From Histomonas meleagridis 2922-C6/04-290x (lineage: Eukaryota; Protista; Parabasalia): DNA of 64,000 bases. Within the stretch, counting starts at the first letter, position 1; every line of letters begins with the position of its first letter. Shown one piece after another: positions 22,739-32,997 of this stretch. The position numbers and the translations under genes were made by a program. Under the pieces are notes generated by a model, which searched no databases, had not been told where the DNA came from, and saw only the letters and a list, made by a program, of their open reading frames with translations. The DNA is taken from the NCBI GenBank assembly GCA_020184695.1, contig JAANOX010000278.1, forward strand, positions 124,001 to 188,000. Reading direction: 5' to 3'.

Positions 22739-23849
22739 TTTGATTTATTTAGAATTAATAAAAAATTTTGTTGTTAAAATTTAGAGGAAAAATATCATAA
22801 TAAATGTTATGTAATGTTTGTTGTTTTTGGATAACGAAAATTTTACCAAAGTTTGAAACTGAAACATAAAAATGAAAAATAACTCGTAATGAGAATATGC
22901 ATTAAAGAATTCTTTCTCAAGATAAAATTGATTTCAAACCAAAAAACAACAATTATGATAACATCTAATGTACTCACAATAAAACATTTCATTTAAAAAT
23001 AAATCCACAAGACAATTTTTTGAAAGTCGTATAAATTTGAAGCTTTAATTTATGTATAAAAAAATTAAAAAAATCTATCTTCTGAAATTTTAGTAAATTT
23101 AATGGAAGTCATTACCTAGTGATCAGATTTATATTTTAATTATTACGGCTTTTCAAATCTATTTTTAATTTCCAGGTATGATTTCTATACTTTACATGTG
23201 AGAAGAAATTTACTTGATCAATAAAAGAATTTTATTAAATTCCGAATCATAATTCTATTATTAGAAGTCGGACGCTTCTTTTAATACTAATAATTTGTCG
23301 TTTTTTTATCTGATGTAATTGTTATATTCAGTAATTCTTCATTATGTAATAATATATGTATTAATATTTATTTGTTTAATTCAAAAATATTATAAACAGC
23401 ACTTTGGGCTTCTTTAGATGGTCATGTATAAAATATGGTATCATCAAAAAATATAAATACAGATATAATTTAAATGACGTAATAAGTTTTTATTTTGAAA
23501 CCTTCAATCAAAGAATAGTTACACATTCATAAAGTATTCAATAAATTATTGTGACAAGCATCACTTTTTTAATGTTTTTTAATCGGGCTGTATTTTGCCA
23601 AACCGTTGCTTGTTTTACATTTTCATTTAAAATATTTGTCATTTATATTTTTATTGAAAATCAAATTGAAATAAATTTGTTTTTTAAAGAATCGATCGAT
23701 TGAGAGGATTTGGAGGTTTGGTCTGCGGTTATGTAATTGATCCCTCACTTCACTAAAATTTAAATTCAAAAAGTTAGGGGAAACGGTTATGTATCCATGG
23801 AAATGCCATTCAATTTTAAGATTTTCATTGAAATAGTCAATTTTTAACC

Positions 23850-24407
23850 ATGTGCGAGAAGGACAAGTTTGTTCCAAATATCCACACACAAAAATTTGAA
23901 GGTTATTTAAGCGAAGTTAAAAACAACAGCGCTCTTCTCAGGTTTTGGTTTGAAAATGATCTTCTTGAATTTCCGATGAACGTTGAAATGTTTCATATGG
24001 ATGAAGATCCTCTTGAACAAGGCAAAAAAATTTCATTTCAACTCATGTTTTTTCAATGTGGACCCATTAAAATTTTCAAAGATAAAAAAGAGTTCAATAC
24101 CGACGAAGTACTGTGTGGCTTTGCAACTGAATCAATTATACCATCTGGTACTTTCTCTGCTTCTTCTGATGAAGAAGAAAAGAATTTTCAACAAAATCCA
24201 AGTGTAATTATGAACGGAATAGTAAACTCTGTAGAAAAATGTACAGAGGGTGAAGAAGACACCCTTTTCTTGGAGGTAATATGCCAAGGTTTCAGGTTCA
24301 CTGTAAGTATTAATGAACCAGAAAACCTATCTGTTGAAGAAGGAAATATTATTTCTGGTGTGTTTGAGGCAATTGGTTCACCAGTGCATAGAGATTATAG
24401 TTCATAA
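23850..24407 (+). CDS. Hypothetical acidic protein
   Basis: 185 aa intact ORF with coding-like composition; motif ESIIPSGTF...PSVIMNGIV. Confidence 0.65.
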   Translation: MCEKDKFVPNIHTQKFEGYLSEVKNNSALLRFWFENDLLEFPMNVEMFHMDEDPLEQGKKISFQLMFFQCGPIKIFKDKKEFNTDEVLCGFATESIIPSGTFSASSDEEEKNFQQNPSVIMNGIVNSVEKCTEGEEDTLFLEVICQGFRFTVSINEPENLSVEEGNIISGVFEAIGSPVHRDYSS

Positions 24408-24587
24408 AAAAAGATTATTTTATTTCACGAATTTTTTTGATTCTAAGTTGAGATAAATTTGATCAAAAATAATAATAATATGAATAACAAAATAATGTGT
24501 TAAGTGCAGTTTTTTGGTTCATATGCATTGAAACAACTTATTAAAGAAAAGGAAAAATAATTTTTTTAAAGAATGTGATGTTGGTTT

Positions 24588-24650
24588 GGAGTGCCCCAAA
24601 ATTTGGGGTGTTCTTTTAAACGGCTTTGTCGGTTTTGGTCCTTCCTTTTT
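24588..24650 (+). promoter_or_regulatory. Ribosomal-protein promoter of RPL13
   Basis: GGAGTGCCCCAAAATTTGGGGTG (small inverted repeat), then TCGGTTTTGGTCCTTCCTTT shortly before the ATG at 24659. Confidence 0.6.
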
Positions 24651-24658
24651 TAAGTCTC

Positions 24659-25234
24659 ATGGTTTGCAAAAATAATCGCGTTCCTAATGATCACCTTCGT
24701 AAAGATTGGTTCCGCCGCATAAAATTCTACTTTGATGACCCAGCTCGTAAGAAGAGGCGCCAAATTGCTAGAGCAATCCGTGCAAAGAAGATCGCTCCAA
24801 GACCAGTTGAAGGTCCACTTCGCCCACTTGTACATTGCCCAACAGTTCGTTACAATCGTAAAGTAAGACTCGGCCGTGGTTTCACAGTTGAAGAAGTCAA
24901 AGCTGCCGGATTTGAACCATCTCGTGCTAGGTTCATGGGCATTGCAATGGACAAATTCCGTGTTCATACAAAGGACGAAATTAAGCAAGCCAACATCGAA
25001 CGTCTCAAGGCTTATAAGGCTAAGATGGTTCGTGTTCATACAAAGACTGAAAAACTCCCAGCTGGTGAATCCATTCCATCACTCTTTGCCCTTCCAAAGG
25101 CTGATCAAAAAGTCACATGGCGTGTAATCAAAGATGAAGAAAAGAAGACAGAACTTTTCAAGGCTAAACAACAAGCCCACAAAGAATGGAGAGCATCAAT
25201 CAAAGCTAAGGAAGCTGCTAAACATAAGAAGTAA
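24659..25234 (+). CDS. RPL13: 60S ribosomal protein L13 (eL13)
   Basis: PNDHLRKDW, APRPVEGPLRPLVHCPTVRYNRKVRLGRGFTVEEVKAAG and ANIERLKAY. True ATG placed at 24659. Confidence 0.96.
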   Translation: MVCKNNRVPNDHLRKDWFRRIKFYFDDPARKKRRQIARAIRAKKIAPRPVEGPLRPLVHCPTVRYNRKVRLGRGFTVEEVKAAGFEPSRARFMGIAMDKFRVHTKDEIKQANIERLKAYKAKMVRVHTKTEKLPAGESIPSLFALPKADQKVTWRVIKDEEKKTELFKAKQQAHKEWRASIKAKEAAKHKK

Positions 25235-25527
25235 ATCATTAATCAATTGGTGATTGAAATCAACTTAATTTTTTATTGGAAAATGAAATACTAAGAACAT
25301 TAGGAAATAGTGAAATAAAATTCGAAAAACATTTTTTATCAAGATTTTATGGAAAAATTAAAAAAAGGATTTCATTGAGTTTGTTCGATTTGAGTAGACC
25401 GTTTACGATCCTTTTGGTAAGTTTATTTTCAGAAAAGTAGATCAAAATTCATAGAATAATTTGAATTGGAGGATAAAATGTCCACTTTTTGAGCGCTTGC
25501 AGCTGGTCATTTGGTAAAGTTGCTGAT

Positions 25528-26508
25528 ATGAAGAGCATTGCAGTTCTTTCAAGTGGTAATGACAACTGTGGGATAAACGGCGCAATTAGATCAGCTGTTA
25601 GAAGTGCAATTGGTCAAGGTTTAAAAATATATGGTGTCGAATGGGGTTTCCGAGGACTACTAGAAGATCGTATTCATCCTATTACAAGCAGATCAGTTAG
25701 TGGTATTATTGGTAAGTCAGGTTGCCTTCTTGGTACCACTCCACCCAAAGATGAAATGGACAAAAGCATTCGTCAAATTTTAGCAAACCTTAACAAAAGA
25801 TCCATTGAAGGTCTTGTTATTGTTGGAAACCTTGATTCATTCCAAAAGGCACAAAAGCTAATTGACAACGGAATCCGTGTTATTGGAATTCCATCTGATC
25901 TTCAAGACAGCATTCCATGCACAGAAATATCATTAGGAGTCGACTCTGCAGTCAACAATATCATGGGGTGCATTGATCACATCCGTAGTTGCGATTCTTC
26001 AAAAAATCGTAGTTTTCTTATCGAAGTTGAAGGAAGCCATAACGGTTCTCTTGCACTCAGGTCTGCAATTGTTTCAGGCTGTGAAGTCTGCTTAACACCA
26101 GAGAACTCAGCAAACGATGAAGCTGGACTTAAGAAAATTGCAGATATTATTGACAAAACAACAAAGCTCGGGAAGACGCAATGCCTTTGTATAATAGCTT
26201 CTGGATGGAAACCAGGAATTAAAGCCCTTAACCAATATCTTAGCGATCATTATGGAGAAAATGATGTTGCAATTCGAGAAACAATACTCGGTTATGTCCA
26301 GCGTGGTGGGTCTCCATCAGCATTTGATAGAATATTAGGTACAGAAATGGGCAACAAAGCTGTACAAGCACTCATTGATGGTGAAACCGAATCAATGGTT
26401 TCTTGGAATAATGGAAAACTAAGTTTGGTGCCATTCTCTACAGTAGCTAACTCTAAGAAGGACCTCTCAGAGCTATTACGAACTTTCAAGCTGACTAATT
26501 CCTATTGA
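25528..26508 (+). CDS. Short bacterial-type (PfkA-like) 6-phosphofructokinase homolog with degenerate active site
   Basis: IAVLSSGNDNCGINGAIR, GVEWGFRGLLE and ILGYVQRGGSPSAFDRILGTEMG give the PFK fold. Catalytic motifs are altered (see findings). Confidence 0.88.
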   Translation: MKSIAVLSSGNDNCGINGAIRSAVRSAIGQGLKIYGVEWGFRGLLEDRIHPITSRSVSGIIGKSGCLLGTTPPKDEMDKSIRQILANLNKRSIEGLVIVGNLDSFQKAQKLIDNGIRVIGIPSDLQDSIPCTEISLGVDSAVNNIMGCIDHIRSCDSSKNRSFLIEVEGSHNGSLALRSAIVSGCEVCLTPENSANDEAGLKKIADIIDKTTKLGKTQCLCIIASGWKPGIKALNQYLSDHYGENDVAIRETILGYVQRGGSPSAFDRILGTEMGNKAVQALIDGETESMVSWNNGKLSLVPFSTVANSKKDLSELLRTFKLTNSY

Positions 26509-27259
26509 GTAAAACTTTTGTTATTGATTTATATAAAAGTGGCAATGTATGATCGACCGTTTAAAAGTGTCGTTTATAATAAATAACTTTTCACCTGAAA
26601 TCAACATCATATGTTAAAATGTATATATCGCTTCTTCTTAAGCCCAAAACAGAGATTTCCTTGTAGATCCACAATTTAATACATCGCAAAAAAAAATTAT
26701 TTCTTTGTGTCTAAACCATTCCTCGTAAAAGTTGTTTCGTCGACAGATTTTAGGGGGGTCGTTATATAATAAACCGATTTTTGAGCACTTTTTGACCATC
26801 AGAATATCTTGGTAAATAATCAAAATTAAAAAATATAATATATATATTAATATTTACTCTATTTTAATATTATAGCTAGAAAAAAAAGACCACCACTTAA
26901 TAGAACTTTTTAGATACGATTTAAAATAAAGTGGTAATAAAATTAAGAAAATTGAATGAAAAAAATCATTCTGAAGATTTCAAGAACTACCATTTATAAA
27001 ATATAATATACATCGAAAATAATTAAGATTGGACTTAAAAAATATATATTTCGGCAAAAATTGATTTCGAAATTTGCATTTTGATCTGTATATTTTTTTC
27101 TCAATTTGAAGACAGATTTTTACTTAAGTGATGATAAGGATAATAAAAGTCAAAAAAATCATCAGAATATGTTTATTTTCCCAGTTTGAGTACTCATACA
27201 TGTTAATTAAACTGAAAATCAAAATTCAGAAAAACAATAAACTCATTCAAATCCGAAAA

Positions 27260-28497
27260 ATGTCAAAATTGCAGAATGAACAGTACCCAGTTTCAAAAGC
27301 AGAAAGATGAATCTATTCCTAAAATGCTTGCTTCTCATTATACTAATGAAGAAATACAAGATTTCTTAAGTGTTGGCTCGGAAAGAATATCTAAAGTTAA
27401 AAAAGGATTCCAAATGAACCAGAAGATTGGTCGTCCATCAGCTTTAACTTGGCAAATGATTGATTACATCGAAACTCTTTCATATGCGAATACCAGACTA
27501 ACTGATGGAGATATAACATCATCTCTAACAGAAAAGTTTTCAACAAAGATTTTGAAATCAACTGTTGCTCGCACAAAGAAGACGCTTGGGTATTTTTTAT
27601 AGGCCACCACTCGTTAAACAAGAGATCACTGAAATCCAAAAACAAATGAGATTCGAATTTTGTCAATGGGTTCTTGACAACAAATCCCAGTTCGAGAATA
27701 TCAACTTTTCTGATGAATCTCGTTTTGGAAAGTGTCCAGATAACAGCTGGTGAAGGATAAAACGTGGTCACTGGAACGATTCGTGTTATCATGAAAAATC
27801 CAAATTTACCCCGGGATTATGGTATGGGGAGCTATTGGGCATGGATTCACCATTAATGCAATGTTTGAGTTCGGTCGATTCATACGAGTACATCGAAATC
27901 TTGAAAAAAAGTCAACTGATTCCAACATGTGATATGAAATACGGACGTTTTAATTGGTTTTTTATGCAAGATGGGGCTCCATGTCATAATGCAACTCACA
28001 CAATTAATTGGTTATGCAATAATGTTTATAATGTGCCAGGATGGCCTCCAAACTCGCCCGACCTTAATCCAATAGAAATCTTGTGGGCGATTATTAAACG
28101 AAAATCAAAAAAGTTATAATTGGAGAAAGAAGATGATGTTTTCACAGCTATCAATCAAATTTGGATTACAATTGATGATAAAATTCTCGATGCGCTTTTA
28201 GGAGATTTTATCAGAAGATGCGAAATGATTAGAGATCTTGCAGGAGAAAGCGCATCGCAATTTATATCGAGTCACAGAACGGTGAGCAAAAAAATTGATG
28301 CAGATAATTTTCGTGCATGGACAAGATTTGAGGATGATATAATATTGGTGATGCAAAAGAATGTGGGGAATCGTCTGACATTGATTGGTCAAAAAATCGG
28401 GAGAAATAAGATTCAGATCAAAAATCACTATCATACATCTCTAATGAGGCAAAATAATGAAAGACTGAGGTCAATTACCCCACTTCCTAGCATTTAA
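27260..28497 (+). mobile_element. Inactivated Tc1-family DD34E transposase with C-terminal Myb/SANT-like domain
   Basis: HTH and GRP motif, FSDESRF, VWGAIG, MQDGAPCH-(34 residues)-NPIE and WPPNSPDLNPIE. Frameshifts plus stops at 27751 and 28117. The same frame continues to WTRFEDDII..GNRLTLIGQKIGRNKIQIKNHY. Confidence 0.88.
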
Positions 28498-28559
28498 AGC
28501 TTTCCATTCTGTGCTAACAACCCCACCTGCATTTGGAATTGACAACTTGATTTTCACAG

Positions 28560-28680
28560 ATCAAAACTCAGAAGTAAATCGAATGATTTACAGTTTTTTT
28601 TGAATTACGATAGAAACGATGATTTTTATACAAAGCCCGAAAACAGTCGTTTTAAATTCAATTCACTTCTGAGTTTTGAT
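28560..28680. repeat. 25-bp inverted repeat (23/25 match) with a 71-nt spacer downstream of the Tc1 transposase
   Basis: ATCAAAACTCAGAAGTAAATCGAAT (28560-28584) versus the reverse complement of 28656-28680, ATCAAAACTCAGAAGTGAATTGAAT. Confidence 0.85.
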
Positions 28681-29137
28681 TACCAGTTTACATAATTTAA
28701 TGAATCAAAAAAGTTATGGAAACTCAATAGAAAATTGCCTGTGGTAGCTTTTAATTTATTTTTTTTCACTAAAATAACTTTAAATTTCGTGAAAAAAAAA
28801 AAGCAAACAGCTGTAATAATTATATTTTTCACTCACTAAAAAAGAAAAAACGTTAACATCCAAATTTTTCGATATTAGCGGTTGTTTAAGAGGTAGATGG
28901 TTTGCACATGGGTGATCACGGTTGTTATTTAGATAAATCCCTCTTCCACATGATTCCATACGTTCTTTGTAAAAATATTTTTTTGATTAAGCCTTTGTTT
29001 TTGGTCTTCAAAATTTGTGATTTTTTTATTAACGGTCACTGGATCTCAAACTCAGCATCGGCATTCGGGGGCGGTTTTGATTTTTATATTTTACATAATC
29101 CGCTAAAATATTTCACTACTATTATAAACAATTAAAC

Positions 29138-29290
29138 ATGGATTTCAATTCAGTTGTAAATGTATTTTTAAATACATCTCAAGAATTTTATAATAAAATA
29201 GGAAACATTGTTCAATCTGCAAAATCAATCATTAACAAATTTGATAATACTTATCCATTATTTTTTTTTATCGAAATGATGAAATAGAAA
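29138..29290 (+). pseudogene. Possible short or frameshifted gene
   Basis: GGCGGTTTT (M3-like) and TCACT (Inr-like) precede the ATG at 29138 (MDFNSVVNVFLNTSQEFYNKIG..). The frame is lost at a T homopolymer. Confidence 0.25.
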
Positions 29291-29740
29291 AACATTAAGA
29301 AATATCATCACAAAATGATTTTAATTTTAACCAAACAATAAAACCATTGCTTTATGGAATATGTTTTTATATTAATTAATAAGAAATGTTACATTAATTA
29401 CAACGATATTATAACTTTCATTTTATATATATTTGTGATTAAATATTATTATACAATTAATTATATAAATATGGTTTATTCTTTAGTGATCACTCTTTTT
29501 ATTAAAAAAATATATCATAAAAATTTTCCCTTAACATATATAACAATCTGCAAATTACTATATGAATACTATACAAAACTTTTTAAACTTAATTCATTTA
29601 ATTAATTATTATAACAATATATTTACCGACCTACTAATAAATTATAAAATGACATAAATTTATAAAAATTATTTTTCTTAATTAAATAAATAAAAGTGTC
29701 AAAAATATTCTTTTTTATTATTTTACTAAAAATCATTTTT

Positions 29741-31498
29741 TTATATAAATTCGGACACTTTATTTTCATAAGCATTTTCAGGTAATAATAACATTGTTTC
29801 GTCAATGATTTGTCTTGGCGTTTTTGATCTTTTCATTAATTTTCTCATTTCTTTTCTTTCATTTGATATTTCTCTTGGTGTTTCCTTAATACAAAACGAA
29901 TCAAGTAACGCACCTTTATCCAATTTATCTTTTTGGAAATAATTTCTTAATTCTCCTTTATGTGTTGCGTAAGCATTGATAGTTTTTTGCCATGCATTTT
30001 TTGCCATTTCACTTAAATCATTCTCTTCAACTGTTGACATTGTTTCTTGTTTCATTCCATTAATTGCTTTTTGTTCATTATTTCCTTTCATTGCTGAAAC
30101 TCCTTTTTTAATAAGTTCTTTACATTTATATTCTTTAATATTAACTTTACTGTTTTGAAGTGATTGAATAAAACTTAATTCATTTTCACTTAAAAAAATA
30201 TATGATATACCTTCATTACCTATACGTGCTGTTCGCCCTATTCGATGAACATATTCTTCTTTATCAAGTGGTGAATCATATTGGATAATAGTAGTTACAT
30301 TTGGTATATCTAAACCTCGTGATGCGACATCAGTACAAAATAATACTCCAAATTCTTCTGATGTAAATTTACTTATCGTTTTAGATCGTTCAATTTGTTC
30401 AACATTCCCATGAATTCGAAATATTGGACATTTTAAATATGGAGAATATGAACCAATTTCATCATTATCTGTGCTGGAATGGATATCAATAATCGTGGCT
30501 TCTTGTTTGTTTCGTTTCTGCATTTCATTATATTGTAATCGTGGAACATGTCCACGTTCTGCATCTGTTTTAAAATCAAAGAAACTAAAAAAGTGATAAT
30601 GGAAATCAACTGAATCACATGTATTAATAAATACTATACTTTTCATCCCAGTATGTCGTCTTCGTGCATTCGTTATTTCTAATCGTAATAATAATGCTAA
30701 CATTACTAATCGTTGGCGAATATCAACAAGAAGATATCTTTGTTGTAGTTGTGGTGGAATTGAAAAATCTTTTTGGTTTTCTGTATGAACTCCAATTGTA
30801 ATGGGATCGTTTAATGATAAATTTGTTAACGCTTTAAGGTCTTCTGTTAATGTGGCTGAGATAAGAATAGTTTGTCGTGGTGGTAACGATTCAATAATTT
30901 CTGTAATGGGTTTGAAAAATCCTAAATCTAATAAACGATCGGCTTCATCTAAAACTAAAAATTGTAAATTTGGAAAAGATTTGAAATTTTGCGTGTTATG
31001 AAGATGATATAAAAAGCGTGATGGTGTAGTAATTAAAATATTAATACCTTTTCGAATACGTTTCTTTTCTGTATTAACTTTTTCACCACCAATTAAAATA
31101 CCGGCAACAATAAAATTAATACTTGAATTCATCTTATGAATGACTGAATATGTTTGAAGACAAAGTTCGCGTGTTGGACAAATAATTATAGCAAGTGGAC
31201 CCATAGATCGTTTGATAGGATTAACCTCAGTTGGAAATCTAACAGTTAATATTTGCATTAAAGGTATTAAATATGATAATGTTTTACCACTCCCTGTATC
31301 AGCACGCATTAAAATATCTCGGCCATCAATAATAGGTTGATATGATTCTGCTTGAATTTTGGTAAGTGTTTGAATATTCATTGCTTTAACTAAAGCATCA
31401 TAAACATAAGGATTTAAATTAAGTGAATCTGGTGTAATTTTTGAAAATAATTTTTCATCTATTTCTTGAGTTGGTTGCTCAATATCTTTTTTCTTCAT
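29741..31498 (-). CDS. DBP7: DEAD-box RNA helicase, DBP7/DDX31-like (60S biogenesis)
   Basis: TGSGKTLSY, PTREL, DEADRLLDLGF, SAT, RIHG, HRIGRTARIG and C-terminal AWQKTINAYATH. Confidence 0.8.
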   Translation of the reverse strand: MKKKDIEQPTQEIDEKLFSKITPDSLNLNPYVYDALVKAMNIQTLTKIQAESYQPIIDGRDILMRADTGSGKTLSYLIPLMQILTVRFPTEVNPIKRSMGPLAIIICPTRELCLQTYSVIHKMNSSINFIVAGILIGGEKVNTEKKRIRKGINILITTPSRFLYHLHNTQNFKSFPNLQFLVLDEADRLLDLGFFKPITEIIESLPPRQTILISATLTEDLKALTNLSLNDPITIGVHTENQKDFSIPPQLQQRYLLVDIRQRLVMLALLLRLEITNARRRHTGMKSIVFINTCDSVDFHYHFFSFFDFKTDAERGHVPRLQYNEMQKRNKQEATIIDIHSSTDNDEIGSYSPYLKCPIFRIHGNVEQIERSKTISKFTSEEFGVLFCTDVASRGLDIPNVTTIIQYDSPLDKEEYVHRIGRTARIGNEGISYIFLSENELSFIQSLQNSKVNIKEYKCKELIKKGVSAMKGNNEQKAINGMKQETMSTVEENDLSEMAKNAWQKTINAYATHKGELRNYFQKDKLDKGALLDSFCIKETPREISNERKEMRKLMKRSKTPRQIIDETMLLLPENAYENKVSEFI

Positions 31499-31733
31499 TT
31501 TTTTTTTAAATTTTTTCCTTTGGTCGTCATTTTTCAGTTATCATTCAAAATTTTGAAAACAAAATTTTTATGGGGTACCCTAACAGCCCCTGTCAAAAAA
31601 TTCTATCGTTTCAGCTGGAAAAAAGATTAAAAATATTTCATTTAAGTATTTGAACTTATACAAACAAATAATGCTCAATAAACATGGCCTTTAAATGAAA
31701 ATTTATCATATATGAAATTAGAATTTTACTGAT

Positions 31734-32204
31734 TTAAAGACGACGACCACGACGACCACCCTTACGACGTGTGGAATCATGTGGAAGAGGGGTAACATCT
31801 TCAATACGACCAATCTTAAGGCCGGCACGTGCTAATGCACGAAGAGCACTTTGAGCACCTTGAGCTGGAAGACGACGTGAAGAACCACCCTTACCTGAGA
31901 ATTTGATGTGAAGGCCATCAATACCCATTGTTTTGAGACGTGCAGCAACCATTTGTGCAGCAAGCATAGCAGCATATGGTGTAGATTGATCACGTTGAGC
32001 TTTAACAACCATACCACCAGTTACCTTAACAAGAGTTTCGGCACCAGAGAGATCTGTAACGTGGATAAAGGTATCATTCTTTGTAGCATAGATATGTGCA
32101 ACACCAAGTGCAATTTCGTTTTGTGCCTTAGTTGGACCAACATAAGCTTCTTCCTTTGTCTTTTTTGTTGTTTGTTGTTTTGCTTCAACAGCAGGTTTGG
32201 ACAT
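31734..32204 (-). CDS. RPS14: 40S ribosomal protein S14 (uS11)
   Basis: [32 protein letters not shown] and [26 protein letters not shown]. Confidence 0.97.
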   Translation of the reverse strand: MSKPAVEAKQQTTKKTKEEAYVGPTKAQNEIALGVAHIYATKNDTFIHVTDLSGAETLVKVTGGMVVKAQRDQSTPYAAMLAAQMVAARLKTMGIDGLHIKFSGKGGSSRRLPAQGAQSALRALARAGLKIGRIEDVTPLPHDSTRRKGGRRGRRL

Positions 32205-32208
32205 TTTT

Positions 32209-32254
32209 GCAAAGGCCGACCAAACCGAAAAACCTCTGTTAGGGGTACCCCTAA
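32209..32254 (-). promoter_or_regulatory. Ribosomal-protein promoter of RPS14 with a perfect 16-bp palindrome
   Basis: TTAGGGGTACCCCTAA (32239-32254), then on the minus strand CGGTTTGGTCGGCCTTT just before the ATG. Confidence 0.7.
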
Positions 32255-32444
32255 TTATAAATCCAAAATTGAAAAACTTTTAATCGTTAATATTTCATAC
32301 GGATAATCTGGCTTTCACCACCATGAGTTAATGTTTTATTCATTAACTTTCCGGAATTGGTAACAATGAAAGAGTTCCATTTATCTCAAAAAAGAAAATT
32401 AATCAATCAAAAATAAAAATTTATTGATAAAAAAAATAATGTGG

Positions 32445-32783
32445 TTATAATTCCTTCCCTAAAAATGCATCTAACTTGGGATTTTCACAAGCACCTTTAG
32501 ATTTACATATTTCATATGGAGTCATCGTTGTTTTTGATGCTTCTGAAAAAAGCAAATCAATGTTATCGCGTACATAGCTGCGGCACCCAAACCTAAGAGT
32601 AAATTGCTTTAATGAAGCACATTTTCTAAATAATTTTTTTTGAACTTGTTCTTTTGGAATTCCCTTTTTTGCTAATCGAATTCCAAGTGATAAGGTTGTT
32701 TCGCAAAGTTTACAAATATTTGGTGTTTGTTCTTCACTTGAAGAAAGAGACAAAAGAATCAAAAACATCATCTGACCAAGCAT
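32445..32783 (-). CDS. Secreted saposin-like protein (SAPLIP)
   Basis: Signal-peptide-like N-terminus and six cysteines in saposin spacing (CKLC..KC..GC..IC..AC); K/R-rich. Confidence 0.82.
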   Translation of the reverse strand: MLGQMMFLILLSLSSSEEQTPNICKLCETTLSLGIRLAKKGIPKEQVQKKLFRKCASLKQFTLRFGCRSYVRDNIDLLFSEASKTTMTPYEICKSKGACENPKLDAFLGKEL

Positions 32784-32997
32784 TGTTAAAAAATTGAGAT
32801 GTTTACTTCTAATAACGAAAAAAAAATTACGATAAAATTCAATTAGAAAATAAACGGCTCAATCACACAGTTTGTTGGAAAACATTCAAAAAAGTTTAGG
32901 AACTTTTTCATAAAGTAATTAAAAAGTTTTCGAGTGACCGAATTACGAAAAGTGAACCATATTCTTGACCGTTTAGAATTTTAGGAAACCATTACAG

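Noticed and set aside
26747-28530. AGGGGGGTCGTTA versus TAACAACCCCACCT as Tc1 TIRs
   Set aside because: Short, gapped match without TA flanks on both sides; element ends remain undefined.
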